A DNA stretch of 64,000 nucleotides from an uncultured virus (IMG/VR IMGVR_UViG_3300036466_000576) (IMGVR_UViG_3300036466_000576); one strand, 5' to 3'; shown: positions 28,050 to 38,628, counted from the first letter of the stretch. A program made the numbers and translations. Notes: a model not told the origin generated them from the letters alone.

Positions 28050-28070
28050 TATATATAGCTCCTCCTTAAA

Positions 28071-28277
28071 TTATTCTATTTCTGGCAAATCCGTTCCACA
28101 AAATGGACAATTGTCTATTTCATAAACCATTGTTGCTTTTTTACTTTCTTTTTTAAAAAGAAACCATTTCGCTTCGCTTTGACCTTCAATAGCTTTAATT
28201 TTATTTCCTTTTTTCATTTTTACACAGGCATGAGAACCCACTACCTCATATACTTCTCTTGTTTTTGCTCTAAACAT
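28071..28277 (-). CDS. Small hypothetical protein (CPFCG)
   Basis: 68 aa, RBS AAGGAGG. Confidence 0.6.
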   Translation of the reverse strand: MFRAKTREVYEVVGSHACVKMKKGNKIKAIEGQSEAKWFLFKKESKKATMVYEIDNCPFCGTDLPEIE

Positions 28278-28480
28278 TATTTGACCTCCTTAATATTTTC
28301 TTTAATGAATTTATCTAAATATCCTGTTGTTTGAAATATTTTATCTATTATCTTTTGATCTTTGGGTAAATCTACTAAACAATAATCTTCAGCCAATTTT
28401 TTGTCTCCCACTGCTACATAACTAGAAATTACCTGGTCATAATAATCTTTCATATCTTTTTTTCTCCAATTTTTATCCAT
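28277..28480 (-). CDS. Hypothetical protein
   Basis: 67 aa, RBS GAGG. Confidence 0.5.
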   Translation of the reverse strand: MDKNWRKKDMKDYYDQVISSYVAVGDKKLAEDYCLVDLPKDQKIIDKIFQTTGYLDKFIKENIKEVK

Positions 28481-28993
28481 ATATATTTTCCTCTTGTTGT
28501 TTTATCAGCTACTATAGCAGGATTTTCAACCTCATTAAAAGCTTCTCCTCTAGAATCTCTTATTTTAATCATTTATTTTAGCTCCTTTTATTTTAAAGAA
28601 TCAACTACTTTTTTTAAAAATGATTTATAGTTTGATGTTTTATTAACCAATTCTTGATTTTTAGGTAATTCTATTAAAATTGTTTTTTCTACCTCTTCTT
28701 CTAAGCCAGTTTTTTTATATTTTTCTATAAGTTTTTTAAACTTTACTTCTAAATTTTCTTTTTCTCCAATTTTTCTAATAAAATAATTTTCTGAATCAAC
28801 TGTGTCAACAATATCTGTCATCTCTAATTAAAACCATATTTACCTCCTTAGAAAAAATGTCATATATTTATTCTTATATACTTAATATAACATAAAATTT
28901 ATTGATTTACAATTAATTACATTTATGAAATTACAATACATTGATTTCATATGTTTTATGTTGTAAAATATATTTGTAAAGGAGTGATATAAT

Positions 28994-29413
28994 ATGAACT
29001 TTGATAAAAACAATATTGATTGGCACAAAAACAGTAAAAACAATGATACTCCTTATATCTCCATTTTATTAGAAAAAAATAGGTTTTATATCAGAAAAAT
29101 ATTATTTGATACCATCAAAGAAAAGCGAGACCAAAACTTTAATTATGTCAAAATTGGTCTTAATAAGGAAAAAGATAAGGTTATAATTAACCCCATATTT
29201 AATGAAAAAAATCATGATACCAGCTATTTAAGTCCCGTTCAAAAAGATAACGCAATAGTCAATGAAAAATTAAGTGAAAAAATAAAGAACAAACTTAAAA
29301 ATAATAAAAATATTAAACCAGAACAAACTTTTAGGATTGAAGCTGAAGTCATTGAAGATGATGAAATGGGATTATTAATAATTGGTTCATTAAATCATAT
29401 TATTGAACAATAA
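28994..29413 (+). CDS. Hypothetical protein, paralog of 29524-29934
   Basis: NYVKIGLNKEKDKVIINPI...GLLIIGSL. Confidence 0.7.
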   Translation: MNFDKNNIDWHKNSKNNDTPYISILLEKNRFYIRKILFDTIKEKRDQNFNYVKIGLNKEKDKVIINPIFNEKNHDTSYLSPVQKDNAIVNEKLSEKIKNKLKNNKNIKPEQTFRIEAEVIEDDEMGLLIIGSLNHIIEQ

Positions 29414-29523
29414 AAATCATAAAAAATATAATATTTAATTGAAAATAAAAATTAAATATTATATAATTACAACAAATACAGATAACTATATAGTTTTCAA
29501 TTATTAAATGGAGGAATGTTAAA

Positions 29524-29934
29524 ATGGATAATGCAAACGAAATTGTATGGATTAAAGGTGAAGGATTTTCACCAGAAGAATATATAACTTTATATATTAG
29601 CAATAAGCAAATATATATCAACAATGAAATAATGAAACAAATAGGTTTTGATTTTAATTATATAAAAGTAGGAATTGATAAAAAAAAGAAAAAAGTTTAT
29701 ATAAAACCTATTTCAATTGGTGAAGAAGAAGATTATTCTTTAGTAGATTTAAATAAATTTAGCTTAAAAACAAAAAAATTCTTAAATTCAAATTTGGTTA
29801 AACAGATGTTAGATCTAATAGAGCCAGATATTGTTAAAAAAAGTAATAGTATAAGAATTAAAACAGAAATAAAAACGATAAACGATTTAGGTCTCATGAT
29901 AGTTGGAGATTTAACCTGTGTTTATCCAAATTAA
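29524..29934 (+). CDS. Hypothetical protein, paralog of 28994-29413
   Basis: NYIKVGIDKKKKKVYIKPI...GLMIVGDL. Confidence 0.7.
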   Translation: MDNANEIVWIKGEGFSPEEYITLYISNKQIYINNEIMKQIGFDFNYIKVGIDKKKKKVYIKPISIGEEEDYSLVDLNKFSLKTKKFLNSNLVKQMLDLIEPDIVKKSNSIRIKTEIKTINDLGLMIVGDLTCVYPN

Positions 29935-30208
29935 TAAAAAAGCAACCATTCTAATACATATGGTTGTTTTTTTATTTAAAACTATTTTCTTTTCAATGGA
30001 TTGTTTTTTATTAATCCTACATATTCTTCTCTTTCTTTTTCAACCCAATCTGCTTTAAAACTTAATCTTTCTCCATCTTCAAAAATAATTTGCAAAACAG
30101 GCTCAATCATCATATCTTCAACCTCTTTTCTGTTTGATTTTAACAATTAAAGCTAAACCCCATTTATCCACAACTATACAGTTTTCATCGAAAATTATTT
30201 AAAAAAAA

Positions 30209-30586
30209 TTAATCTAATCCCAATTCTCTTTGAGTTCTACTGCTCCCTTTTTCATCTAAACCCATTCCAGAATAAGAAGGATGTGTAGTTGGATCACCCC
30301 CAACAGCTTGCCAATAACCTAAAAATACCCAGCCAGAAAAGAATTTTAAGTCTAACTCTCCCTCAAAAGCATTAATTAATTTTTCCGTATTGGTATAACA
30401 TCTACCTTTATCAAAATTCAATGAGTTAATTATATCATTTTGTTTTTCAGTTAACTCAAATTTTGAAGTGTTGGGGTGTCCAAACCAATGCACTTTTTTT
30501 GAGCTTAAGGGAAATATTTTTGATGGAACATATTCCATTTTCTTTTTACCAGGAAATCTATATTTATTATTTTCTACATAAGACAT
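30209..30586 (-). CDS. Hypothetical protein, possibly truncated
   Basis: 125 aa, RBS GGGAG, follows rep. Confidence 0.55.
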   Translation of the reverse strand: MSYVENNKYRFPGKKKMEYVPSKIFPLSSKKVHWFGHPNTSKFELTEKQNDIINSLNFDKGRCYTNTEKLINAFEGELDLKFFSGWVFLGYWQAVGGDPTTHPSYSGMGLDEKGSSRTQRELGLD

Positions 30587-30598
30587 AAAAACACTCCC

Positions 30599-31963
30599 CT
30601 ATTTATTTAACCTAATATTAATTTTAATTTTACTATTTGTTAATTTCTCTGCTATTTTTTCCATATCACTTTTATATTGTTCTTCAATCCACTCTTGAAC
30701 AAAGTCAGTAGGAACATTAAGTATTAACTTGTTCTTTTCAAAATCTTTAACAACAACATCACTAAACCAGGTACTATAACTAGCATTATTAATCGTTTTT
30801 TCAAGCCACATATCAATATGGTTATATAAATCTTGTGCTTCAATCTTGTCGTTATTATCAAAAACACTTTCTATTTTTTCAATAAATTTCTCAGCATTAT
30901 CTTGTTTTTGAGAACTATTTTCTTTTTGTTTATCTGAAGGATTAATGTCTTGTTTCGTGGATTTACTAGAGCTATTCTTTCCTAAACTATCCCAATCATA
31001 GAAGTGGTCAGCCCACTTATAATTATTATTGTTTTTGGCTTTTAAATTTCTTAAATCAATTAGGGAACGAATATTATCTTTCTTCAGTCTGTCAAATTTA
31101 TTAAACATAAAGGTCTCATTGTGTCCACCTAAAGCAATCCCCTCAATTGTTTGATTTAATAATTTTTCATCAAAAGTATAATTTTCCAATTTACGAAGTT
31201 GAATAGAATTAGGATAATCCCCAAAAGCTTCTTTGAATAATTGGAGGGTTGTTTTTGAAAGTGAGGATTTTTCAAAAATATCATTTTCGCCCTTATTATT
31301 CTTATTTAAATCTTTAAGATCTTTTTCTTTAAGATCTTTATTTAAGTTCTTTTTCTTTTGTGGTTCTTCTGACGAACGGGGGGGGTTTTTTGACGAACGG
31401 GGCTGTTCTTCTGACGAACGGGGGGGGTTTTTTTGAGAAACCCCCCGTTTCTCTGAAGAACGGGTAGTTAAATTATCTCTATAATCCCTGTCATTATTAC
31501 TGTTCTCCTGAGAAACCCCCTGTTTTTTTGAAGAACGGGTCTCTTTTTCTTCATTATTTTCATCATATGTAGGATTGATAACTTCTGTTTTTTGTCGTAA
31601 AGCATAAGTAGCTGATTTACCAGTTGATTCGTCATAATCACCAGTTTTAACAACATAACCTTTATTGATCAATTTTTTCAATGATTTAGAAATTGAACTT
31701 TTTGATATTCCAGTTTTTTTCATAAATTGGCTCAAACTTATAGAATCTTCAATTCGATAAACTATTTCATTATCAACAATTTTTTCTTTATAGCCATAAG
31801 TTTGTCTTAGTATTGCACAATAAATTTTAAATTCAACATGACTTAATTCCCCCATTACCTTATCAAAAACCTCATTTGGTACCTTAGTCCATTTATCCAT
31901 TTCTTTTCGTCTGGGTCTAATTCCTTCAAATTTTTTTTCTTTTTTCTCTATCATTTTACTCAC
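30599..31963 (-). CDS. Replication initiator: phage O-like wHTH N-terminus, DnaA_N-like C-terminus
   Basis: WTKVPNEVFD..EFKIYCAILRQTYGY..ISLSQF..TG; C-term ASYSTWF..LILNVPTDFVQEWIEEQY. Confidence 0.82.
   Translation of the reverse strand: MSKMIEKKEKKFEGIRPRRKEMDKWTKVPNEVFDKVMGELSHVEFKIYCAILRQTYGYKEKIVDNEIVYRIEDSISLSQFMKKTGISKSSISKSLKKLINKGYVVKTGDYDESTGKSATYALRQKTEVINPTYDENNEEKETRSSKKQGVSQENSNNDRDYRDNLTTRSSEKRGVSQKNPPRSSEEQPRSSKNPPRSSEEPQKKKNLNKDLKEKDLKDLNKNNKGENDIFEKSSLSKTTLQLFKEAFGDYPNSIQLRKLENYTFDEKLLNQTIEGIALGGHNETFMFNKFDRLKKDNIRSLIDLRNLKAKNNNNYKWADHFYDWDSLGKNSSSKSTKQDINPSDKQKENSSQKQDNAEKFIEKIESVFDNNDKIEAQDLYNHIDMWLEKTINNASYSTWFSDVVVKDFEKNKLILNVPTDFVQEWIEEQYKSDMEKIAEKLTNSKIKINIRLNK
31363..31539. 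repeat. Iterons / probable origin inside rep
   Basis: TGA(C/A)GAACGGG at 31370, 31391, 31412, 31454, 31529 (spacing 21, 21, 42, 75). Confidence 0.8.
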
Positions 31964-32146
31964 TCCTTTTTTGTTTTTTTAGGAGCAACAAAAAATCCTG
32001 AATAATGACCGCTACCCGCAACCACATCAGGAAAAATTTGAAACAAATTCCTATTTCACTTTTTATAATACCACTTTATGTGGATTATTTTATAAAATTT
32101 CCACAAAAAAGTTGACAATAATTTAGCCACATGGTATTATATATAT

Positions 32147-32237
32147 AAGTTAATAGAAGTTAAACCTTCCGCCAAAAAGGTTTATTTAAAACAAATTTGA
32201 TGTGTGGAGTAACTTAATTGTTGCTCCTAATTTTTTT
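32147..32237 (+). ncRNA. Putative antisense copy-control RNA of rep
   Basis: Promoter TTGACA(32112)-17-TATTAT, hairpin with CCGCCAA loop, terminator GGAGTAAC..GTTGCTCC plus T-run. Confidence 0.6.
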
Positions 32238-32280
32238 GTCTAATTTTACTGAATATTTTCAAAATAATTATTTCAAACTG

Positions 32281-32487
32281 TTAAAATTCTAACTTTGCTT
32301 CTTCTTTATATTTTTCAAAAACCATTTCTAATCCTTCTTCTATATAATCATTGACATTCCCTGCATCTTCACCATTTGCTTGTAATAAGTACTGCATAGC
32401 CTTAACTTTTCTTAATATTTGAACATCAAGTGTAGTAGTAAATTTATCTCTTTGTTTATCTAATTTTTTTCTACCCCTCTTAGCCAT
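32281..32487 (-). CDS. Small ribbon-helix-helix-like regulator upstream of rep
   Basis: KFTTTLD..IL..V...VNDYIEEGL. Confidence 0.6.
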   Translation of the reverse strand: MAKRGRKKLDKQRDKFTTTLDVQILRKVKAMQYLLQANGEDAGNVNDYIEEGLEMVFEKYKEEAKLEF

Positions 32488-32823
32488 AATACTACACCTC
32501 CTTACTTTAGAAATCTTGAAATTTAATTATGTACTTATAATTTAGATTTCTTAAAACAATATTAACACCTTATGAATAAAAATGCAAATAAAAAATGTAT
32601 TTTTTATATTTTTTTATGTATTTTTAATATTAACCTTACTATATCAGTAATGATATGGTTTGTTTTTTATAAAATTTTATTTTAAAAATATTTAAAGAGT
32701 AAATCAAAAACATATAATCAATATATAATTTTATAATTATATACTTATAAAATTATTTAATTTTATAATTAAATAATTAAATAAGTAACTATTTATACAA
32801 TTAAACCCCCTCAAAAAGGGGGT

Positions 32824-35800
32824 TTAATTTGAAAAAGAAAATCCTGAAAAAAGATCCATACTGTATTCAATAAAATATTTTTCTTCTTTAAAATCATAAC
32901 TAAAAGATAGTTCTCTGCAATGCAAATCTTTAGTTATTGATATTTTGTTTTTAATAAGCTCCTCATTAACTAGATCATAATCTATTTTATAATCAATAAA
33001 AATATTATTCTTTTTTTCATATATTATTTTACTTTCAATGTTTTTAAATTCATTATTATTCAAATCATACCTTAAGCCATTATTGAAATTTAAATTTTTT
33101 GTTAATACTCCTTTAGTATTTAATGTGAGATCATAAAATCTTTCATTTTTAAAATCATAACCAGTATTTAAATCAATTTCAAAATTATCTGTTTTATAAT
33201 TAGAGTTTAAATTAACAAACTTAAAATTTTGGATATCAAAATCATATCTACTTCTTATATTAAATTCAAATTTATTATCATCATAACCAAAATCAAGATC
33301 AATTGCTTCTGAATAATCCTCGGTATCAAAATCAAAAGGAGTATATCCTTTTCTATAAACTAATCTATAATTGTTATTCCAATAAAAATTATTATATTTA
33401 ATATTGAGCTTATATTCAGGTTTATATGTGTAATATTTATCTTGATATCCAATCAACCAATTTTTTTTATGCTGATATATTTTATAACTACTCATTTCTA
33501 AACTCTGAATTATCCTAAAATTTATATAATCATTTAAAATATATTTATAATTATAAACTAATTGGTTGGTATTTTTTTTCCCTTCAACTTCTTTTTCAAT
33601 ATAATACCCATTAATATAATTATAATCAATATTTTTATTTAAATTATAATTAATTTTTAATTCAGGTTTTTTTGAAAAAGCTAAAGTTCTTTTTTGATAT
33701 TCATTATAATAATTTGGTTGATACTCTTCAACCTCTAATACAGCTGTTAATTTATTTGTTTTATATTTTAAATAACTGTTCCAACTAAGTCTTTTTTTAA
33801 TATTATTATTTGAAGTAATACTATTTTCTTTTACATTTAAATAATAATTTAAATTATTGTTTAAATAATAATTTAAACGGATTCTATTAGAAGATCTTTC
33901 ATAAAGCTCATTGTATATTTTATTTTCTCTATTATAAATATCAGAATTTAAAGATATTATGTTTCTATTATTTTTGTAATTTATTATAGATTTAAACTGA
34001 TTGGTATAATAAAAATCATAATCATAATATTTATCAATCATGTTTAAATTAAAATTATTATTTTCATAACTATACTTAGATTCTACATAATTATTATATA
34101 ATCCTAAATCAATTTTATCTTCCTGAGTTAGATATTTAATATAAAGACGATTTTTTTGATTATAAATTAAATGTTGTTTAAATCCACCTTGAAAACCAGA
34201 CTGGTTATAATAAGTTAAATAAGTCGTTCCTGGTAGATTATTAAAAATATAATCATAATTAAAACCTATATAATAACCACGCCTTTGATCATAACCATAA
34301 TGGAAATTAACATTACTATCTTTTAATGGAATATACAAAACAGGATAATAAAATATAGGAATTTTACCTCCAAGTTCCCATAACACAACATTATATGCAA
34401 TAAGATAATCATCTGGATAAATAATAGTTTTTTGAGCTTTAAAATAATAATGAAAATGTTCTGGATTACTACAACCACTAAATATATTTTTTTTTATTTT
34501 TATTTCTTTTATTTCTGAAAGAATTTTATTATTTTCTTTCCCTTTAATAATTATTTCATCTGTTTTTAAATTGATTTTATTGTTGTAATTAATAAAAACA
34601 TCATTATTTAATTGATACTCATTATTAAAACTATTATATTGGCTATTATTCGATTCGATTTCTATAGTTTCAGCTAAAACAAGTGGGCTATTGCTAAAAA
34701 TAATAAAAATAGAAACAAACATTAAAAACTTAACAATAACTTTAGTTTTAAATAGATTAAACAAGTTATCTTTAAAAAAATAAAAGATAATTGTTAAAAT
34801 AGTATAGAATATTTGAGGAAGCCATGCTGCAAGAAGTGGTGGAATAGTACCCTTTACTCCAAAAGAACGAGAAAGCGAACTAATTAAATAATATATAAAT
34901 ATTAATAAAATAATTGATACTATATTAAATATTTTATTGTTTTTAAAACCAACACTTAAAGAAAAACCCAAAACAATAAAAATAAGAGAAGTAAAAACTG
35001 TTGATATTTTCATATGATAATCAACAAGTAAACTTTTAATATTTATACCACTTCTAGAAAACAGATCCAATCTTTCTTTTAATTCTTTTCTTGTCATTTC
35101 CTGTGATGATTTTTGTTCTGAAAAAAATTTATCTATATCATTAAATAAATTAACTTCCATATTTTTAAAGGATGTGTTTAATGAAAGCTTTCCTCTTTCA
35201 TTAAAAGTATGAACATATCCATCTTGAAGAAGCCATTTGTTTTCCTTAATTAGCCCTCTATTAGCGGTAATTAAAGGAGGAAAATCTTTTTTATTATTGT
35301 TATTATAAATCATAACATTATTCAATATCATATTTCTTTTGTTATAACTATCAACAAAGAAAATTCTTCCTTCATCATCTTTAAAAAATACTCCTTCTTC
35401 TACATCAGGCATTTGGGCTTTTATAATATTTTCTCTGATTAATTGATTTGATAAATGATTAGTTTTAGGAACAACAACTTCGTTTAGTAAAAAAGATCCT
35501 CCACTTAAAAATAAACCAATTATAATCAATGGAATTAAAAGTCTTGTCATGTTAACTCCACCCATTGTAATAGCTACTATTTCATTGTTTTCATTAAGAT
35601 TGCTCAAAGCAATTATGCTGGAAAATAAAATAGCGAGAGGAAATGTTTCTACTATAATTGAAGGGAGTCTATAAATCAATACTCTAAAAATTACATTAAA
35701 ATCTATATTATCAACAATCAACCAATCACTCAATTCAAAGAGAAAATTACTGATCATAATTATTGTAACTACAATAGTTGCTGCAATAAACAATTTAAAT

Positions 35801-35844
35801 ATTTCTCGTGAAAGATACCTGTCAATTATACTACCTCTCCACAT
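32824..35844 (-). CDS. LptF/LptG permease fused to LptD-like outer-membrane domain
   Basis: IIDRYL, PLAILF, NNEIVA..GG, PLLAAWLP (YjgP/Q); then GCSNPEHFHY, IPIFYYP, DLHCR, aromatic beta-strand-rich tail. Confidence 0.8.
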   Translation of the reverse strand: MWRGSIIDRYLSREIFKLFIAATIVVTIIMISNFLFELSDWLIVDNIDFNVIFRVLIYRLPSIIVETFPLAILFSSIIALSNLNENNEIVAITMGGVNMTRLLIPLIIIGLFLSGGSFLLNEVVVPKTNHLSNQLIRENIIKAQMPDVEEGVFFKDDEGRIFFVDSYNKRNMILNNVMIYNNNNKKDFPPLITANRGLIKENKWLLQDGYVHTFNERGKLSLNTSFKNMEVNLFNDIDKFFSEQKSSQEMTRKELKERLDLFSRSGINIKSLLVDYHMKISTVFTSLIFIVLGFSLSVGFKNNKIFNIVSIILLIFIYYLISSLSRSFGVKGTIPPLLAAWLPQIFYTILTIIFYFFKDNLFNLFKTKVIVKFLMFVSIFIIFSNSPLVLAETIEIESNNSQYNSFNNEYQLNNDVFINYNNKINLKTDEIIIKGKENNKILSEIKEIKIKKNIFSGCSNPEHFHYYFKAQKTIIYPDDYLIAYNVVLWELGGKIPIFYYPVLYIPLKDSNVNFHYGYDQRRGYYIGFNYDYIFNNLPGTTYLTYYNQSGFQGGFKQHLIYNQKNRLYIKYLTQEDKIDLGLYNNYVESKYSYENNNFNLNMIDKYYDYDFYYTNQFKSIINYKNNRNIISLNSDIYNRENKIYNELYERSSNRIRLNYYLNNNLNYYLNVKENSITSNNNIKKRLSWNSYLKYKTNKLTAVLEVEEYQPNYYNEYQKRTLAFSKKPELKINYNLNKNIDYNYINGYYIEKEVEGKKNTNQLVYNYKYILNDYINFRIIQSLEMSSYKIYQHKKNWLIGYQDKYYTYKPEYKLNIKYNNFYWNNNYRLVYRKGYTPFDFDTEDYSEAIDLDFGYDDNKFEFNIRSRYDFDIQNFKFVNLNSNYKTDNFEIDLNTGYDFKNERFYDLTLNTKGVLTKNLNFNNGLRYDLNNNEFKNIESKIIYEKKNNIFIDYKIDYDLVNEELIKNKISITKDLHCRELSFSYDFKEEKYFIEYSMDLFSGFSFSN

Positions 35845-35859
35845 ATTTTCTACTCCTTT

Positions 35860-36462
35860 TTAAAGTTCTATTTTTATTTTTGTTTTTCCTTCTGTTTTAA
35901 AAGATTCATCTTCTTTTAAACTAATTGTTATTTTTTCAGTTTCTATTTCATTATTATCACTTTTAATATTGACATTCTCAGTTATAATCATTTCTTCTTT
36001 TTCATCATTATAGTTTGCCTTGTTACCTAAAATAATTCTTTCATCAACAATAATCTCAACATTTTCTTCTCCTGCAAAATCTCCAGTATCAGCATTGTAT
36101 GTCAGTTTCTTAGAGGTTAATTTAAAATCTTTTTTTTCTTTATTAATATTTTTAGCAACTACATTATTTGAGAAAATATAGTTATCATCTTCCAAAAAAC
36201 CCTCCATATTATCAGAAATAACTTGATAGTTAAGAGATACAAGTTTTACATTTTCTTTTAAATTAATTCTTTTTTCATCTTCGTAATATTTTCCTGAATT
36301 TGAAGTTATGGTTATATCATCTTTATAAATAGTATTTTCTTTAAAACTCATATAATCTTTATTATATTCTAAATAATCCAATTCTAAATTGACTGTTTCA
36401 GCAAAAACATTAAATGAAAAAGTAAAAACAACAATAAAAACCATCAACAATATTCTTTTCAT
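35860..36462 (-). CDS. LptA/OstA-like beta-jellyroll periplasmic protein
   Basis: Signal peptide ending VFA; repeated ENV/NNV jellyroll motifs; adjacent to LptF/G fusion. Confidence 0.75.
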   Translation of the reverse strand: MKRILLMVFIVVFTFSFNVFAETVNLELDYLEYNKDYMSFKENTIYKDDITITSNSGKYYEDEKRINLKENVKLVSLNYQVISDNMEGFLEDDNYIFSNNVVAKNINKEKKDFKLTSKKLTYNADTGDFAGEENVEIIVDERIILGNKANYNDEKEEMIITENVNIKSDNNEIETEKITISLKEDESFKTEGKTKIKIEL

Positions 36463-36651
36463 ATTTAAAACCTCTTTTCTTGGATTTATAAAACACACTT
36501 ATTCTGTCTTATATTAACTTTATATACAAATTATACCATATTAGATAAAATAATAAAAGAAACTATATAAATTAATTAATTTCTTTTACTATGAATTATT
36601 TTTTTATATTAAATAAAAAAACCTGCTAAATTAATAGCAGGATACAATTGA

Positions 36652-37236
36652 TCAACCAGTTTTTTCTATATTGATAATATCTTTTCCGTGAAGTTTATCA
36701 ATAATTTTATTAAGTTTTTCTTTATCCTTTTTTTTCATAGTCTTAGGCATTACATAACCTAAGATTTCTTCATTTTTAAAGAAATATAATGCAGAATATG
36801 CCGCAGCAGTAATAAGATCAACACCAGCTGATTTGACAAATTCAATAGCATTATTATCTGCTACTATAATAAAATCTTCTGTATAAACCATTCTTACTCC
36901 AGTTTGGTCAACAAAAGGAGTTAAAGTTACTTTATTTGCAGGAATTTCATCCAACAAAATCTTATCAGATAAAGCTTTATTTGAAACAAGTTTATGCTCC
37001 AAACAAATATTTTTTTCTTTTTTAAATCTTTCCAGAGGAATATCAGTCCTTGACGAATAACTATTCCATTTATTTATAAAATTTTCTACTTCTTCTTCAA
37101 TTAAATAAACACCCATAAAACCATTTGTTAAAAAATATTTTCCATTAACAGAATCTACTTCTGTAATACCAACCAATCCACCTCTACTTCCACTTTTATA
37201 AAAATACATTGCAAGATCTTTTCCTTTATAATTCAT
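36652..37236 (-). CDS. Hypothetical protein
   Basis: 194 aa, RBS AAGGAG. Confidence 0.7.
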   Translation of the reverse strand: MNYKGKDLAMYFYKSGSRGGLVGITEVDSVNGKYFLTNGFMGVYLIEEEVENFINKWNSYSSRTDIPLERFKKEKNICLEHKLVSNKALSDKILLDEIPANKVTLTPFVDQTGVRMVYTEDFIIVADNNAIEFVKSAGVDLITAAAYSALYFFKNEEILGYVMPKTMKKKDKEKLNKIIDKLHGKDIINIEKTG

Positions 37237-37257
37237 AAAATTCTCCTTTTATTTGAT

Positions 37258-37494
37258 TTAATTTTTCCAGTACATAATTAAAAAAACAATCAGTAAAATA
37301 TCCCCAATAATTTTATAATAAATATTAAAAGGAATATTTAACTCCACATTTTTTTCACTAGGATCTTCTTTTAATTTATTAAAAATATTAACTGCTTTAT
37401 ATAATGATTTTACGGTTCTCCCGAAATTAATTAAAGCCATATTAAATAATATTATTGATAGTATAAACATATTATATTCTCCTAAATAAAACAA
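37258..37494 (-). CDS. Small membrane protein
   Basis: Two hydrophobic segments. Confidence 0.55.
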   Translation of the reverse strand: MFYLGEYNMFILSIILFNMALINFGRTVKSLYKAVNIFNKLKEDPSEKNVELNIPFNIYYKIIGDILLIVFLIMYWKN

Positions 37495-37622
37495 ATTTGT
37501 AAATAAATTTTATTATATATATATTATACCACATTTATGCAATTAAAACAAATATTTTCCTTTAAAAATGTACTGCATATGTGATACAATGTTTATATAA
37601 TAAAAAAGAAGGGAGATTTAAA

Positions 37623-37964
37623 ATGAAAAAAACAGAAACTATTCAGGCAAGGTGTACTCCCGAATTTAAAGAAAGATTAAGGCAAGCAGCCAAACATAAA
37701 AATTTATCTGAAACAGCATTTATTTTAAATTCTGTAGATAAAGAAATAAAAAAATGCAATATTACATTTAACAAGTTACAGGTTGGAGGAAAATTATCAC
37801 AAAAAGAAATAAATCAAATAAATAAAATTAAAGATCTAACAAAAACAAAAGGCAGAAAAAATGGTGAAACTATTTGGTTTGGAAAAGAAGCAAAAATTGC
37901 CCTGCAAATTAATGAAAAAAAGGAAGTTATTAGAGGGTATTTAACCAATAAAAAAGATATTTAA
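37623..37964 (+). CDS. RHH-type DNA-binding protein
   Basis: KTETIQARCTPEFKERLRQAA...LSETAFIL. Confidence 0.65.
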   Translation: MKKTETIQARCTPEFKERLRQAAKHKNLSETAFILNSVDKEIKKCNITFNKLQVGGKLSQKEINQINKIKDLTKTKGRKNGETIWFGKEAKIALQINEKKEVIRGYLTNKKDI

Positions 37965-38179
37965 TGAGGTGGATAATGAAAAATAAAGATTTTAACAAAT
38001 TAATTGACTTTTTGAGATTAATAATATCTATATTTTTACTTTTAATTGCAATATTTAATAGTCCATTAACTATTTTATTAATAGTATTAGTTTTTTTTCT
38101 TTTAGGAATTGATGTGAAAATTGATAAAGGAATTAAAATTAAATTAGGAACCATGTTTGAAACAACAAAAAATAAGTAA
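37964..38179 (+). CDS. Small membrane protein
   Basis: Hydrophobic 71 aa followed by hairpin terminator. Confidence 0.5.
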   Translation: MRWIMKNKDFNKLIDFLRLIISIFLLLIAIFNSPLTILLIVLVFFLLGIDVKIDKGIKIKLGTMFETTKNK

Positions 38180-38226
38180 AAATATAAAAACCACCCCAAA
38201 TAATAGGGTGGTTTTGTCTTGTATTT

Positions 38227-38628
38227 CTATTTTAAAAGATTATTAATGTATTTAAGCTGTTCTTTATGAGCTGTTATAGCTTTGTGTATTTTATTAGTTA
38301 ATCTTCTTTTTTCTATATTAGCTTTTTGTTTTTCTTCTACTTTAGATAATAATAAAAAATATCTAGAATAAATTACTTCCTCAACCATGTCATTATGTAA
38401 TTTCAATAATTTCATTAACTGTTTCTTGTAATCATTCATTATTAATTCTGTTTTTTCAAATTCATCAAATTCTAGACTTAAAAGAATTTTTTTATACAAT
38501 TTTTTTGTTTCTATTGAATACTCGGTAATATTATTTGCATATTTTTTATATTTTAAATTAAAATTCTTTTTTTCTTCTAGAAAATCAGCATAAATATCAC
38601 TTTTATAAATTTCTTTTTTTGCATTCAT
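38227..38628 (-). CDS. Hypothetical protein
   Basis: 133 aa, RBS AAGGAG. Confidence 0.65.
   Translation of the reverse strand: MNAKKEIYKSDIYADFLEEKKNFNLKYKKYANNITEYSIETKKLYKKILLSLEFDEFEKTELIMNDYKKQLMKLLKLHNDMVEEVIYSRYFLLLSKVEEKQKANIEKRRLTNKIHKAITAHKEQLKYINNLLK

Noticed and set aside
31363..31539. CRISPR-like repeats
   Set aside because: 11-bp units with 21-bp phasing inside rep fit iterons; no 23-47-bp repeat/spacer structure or cas genes in the window
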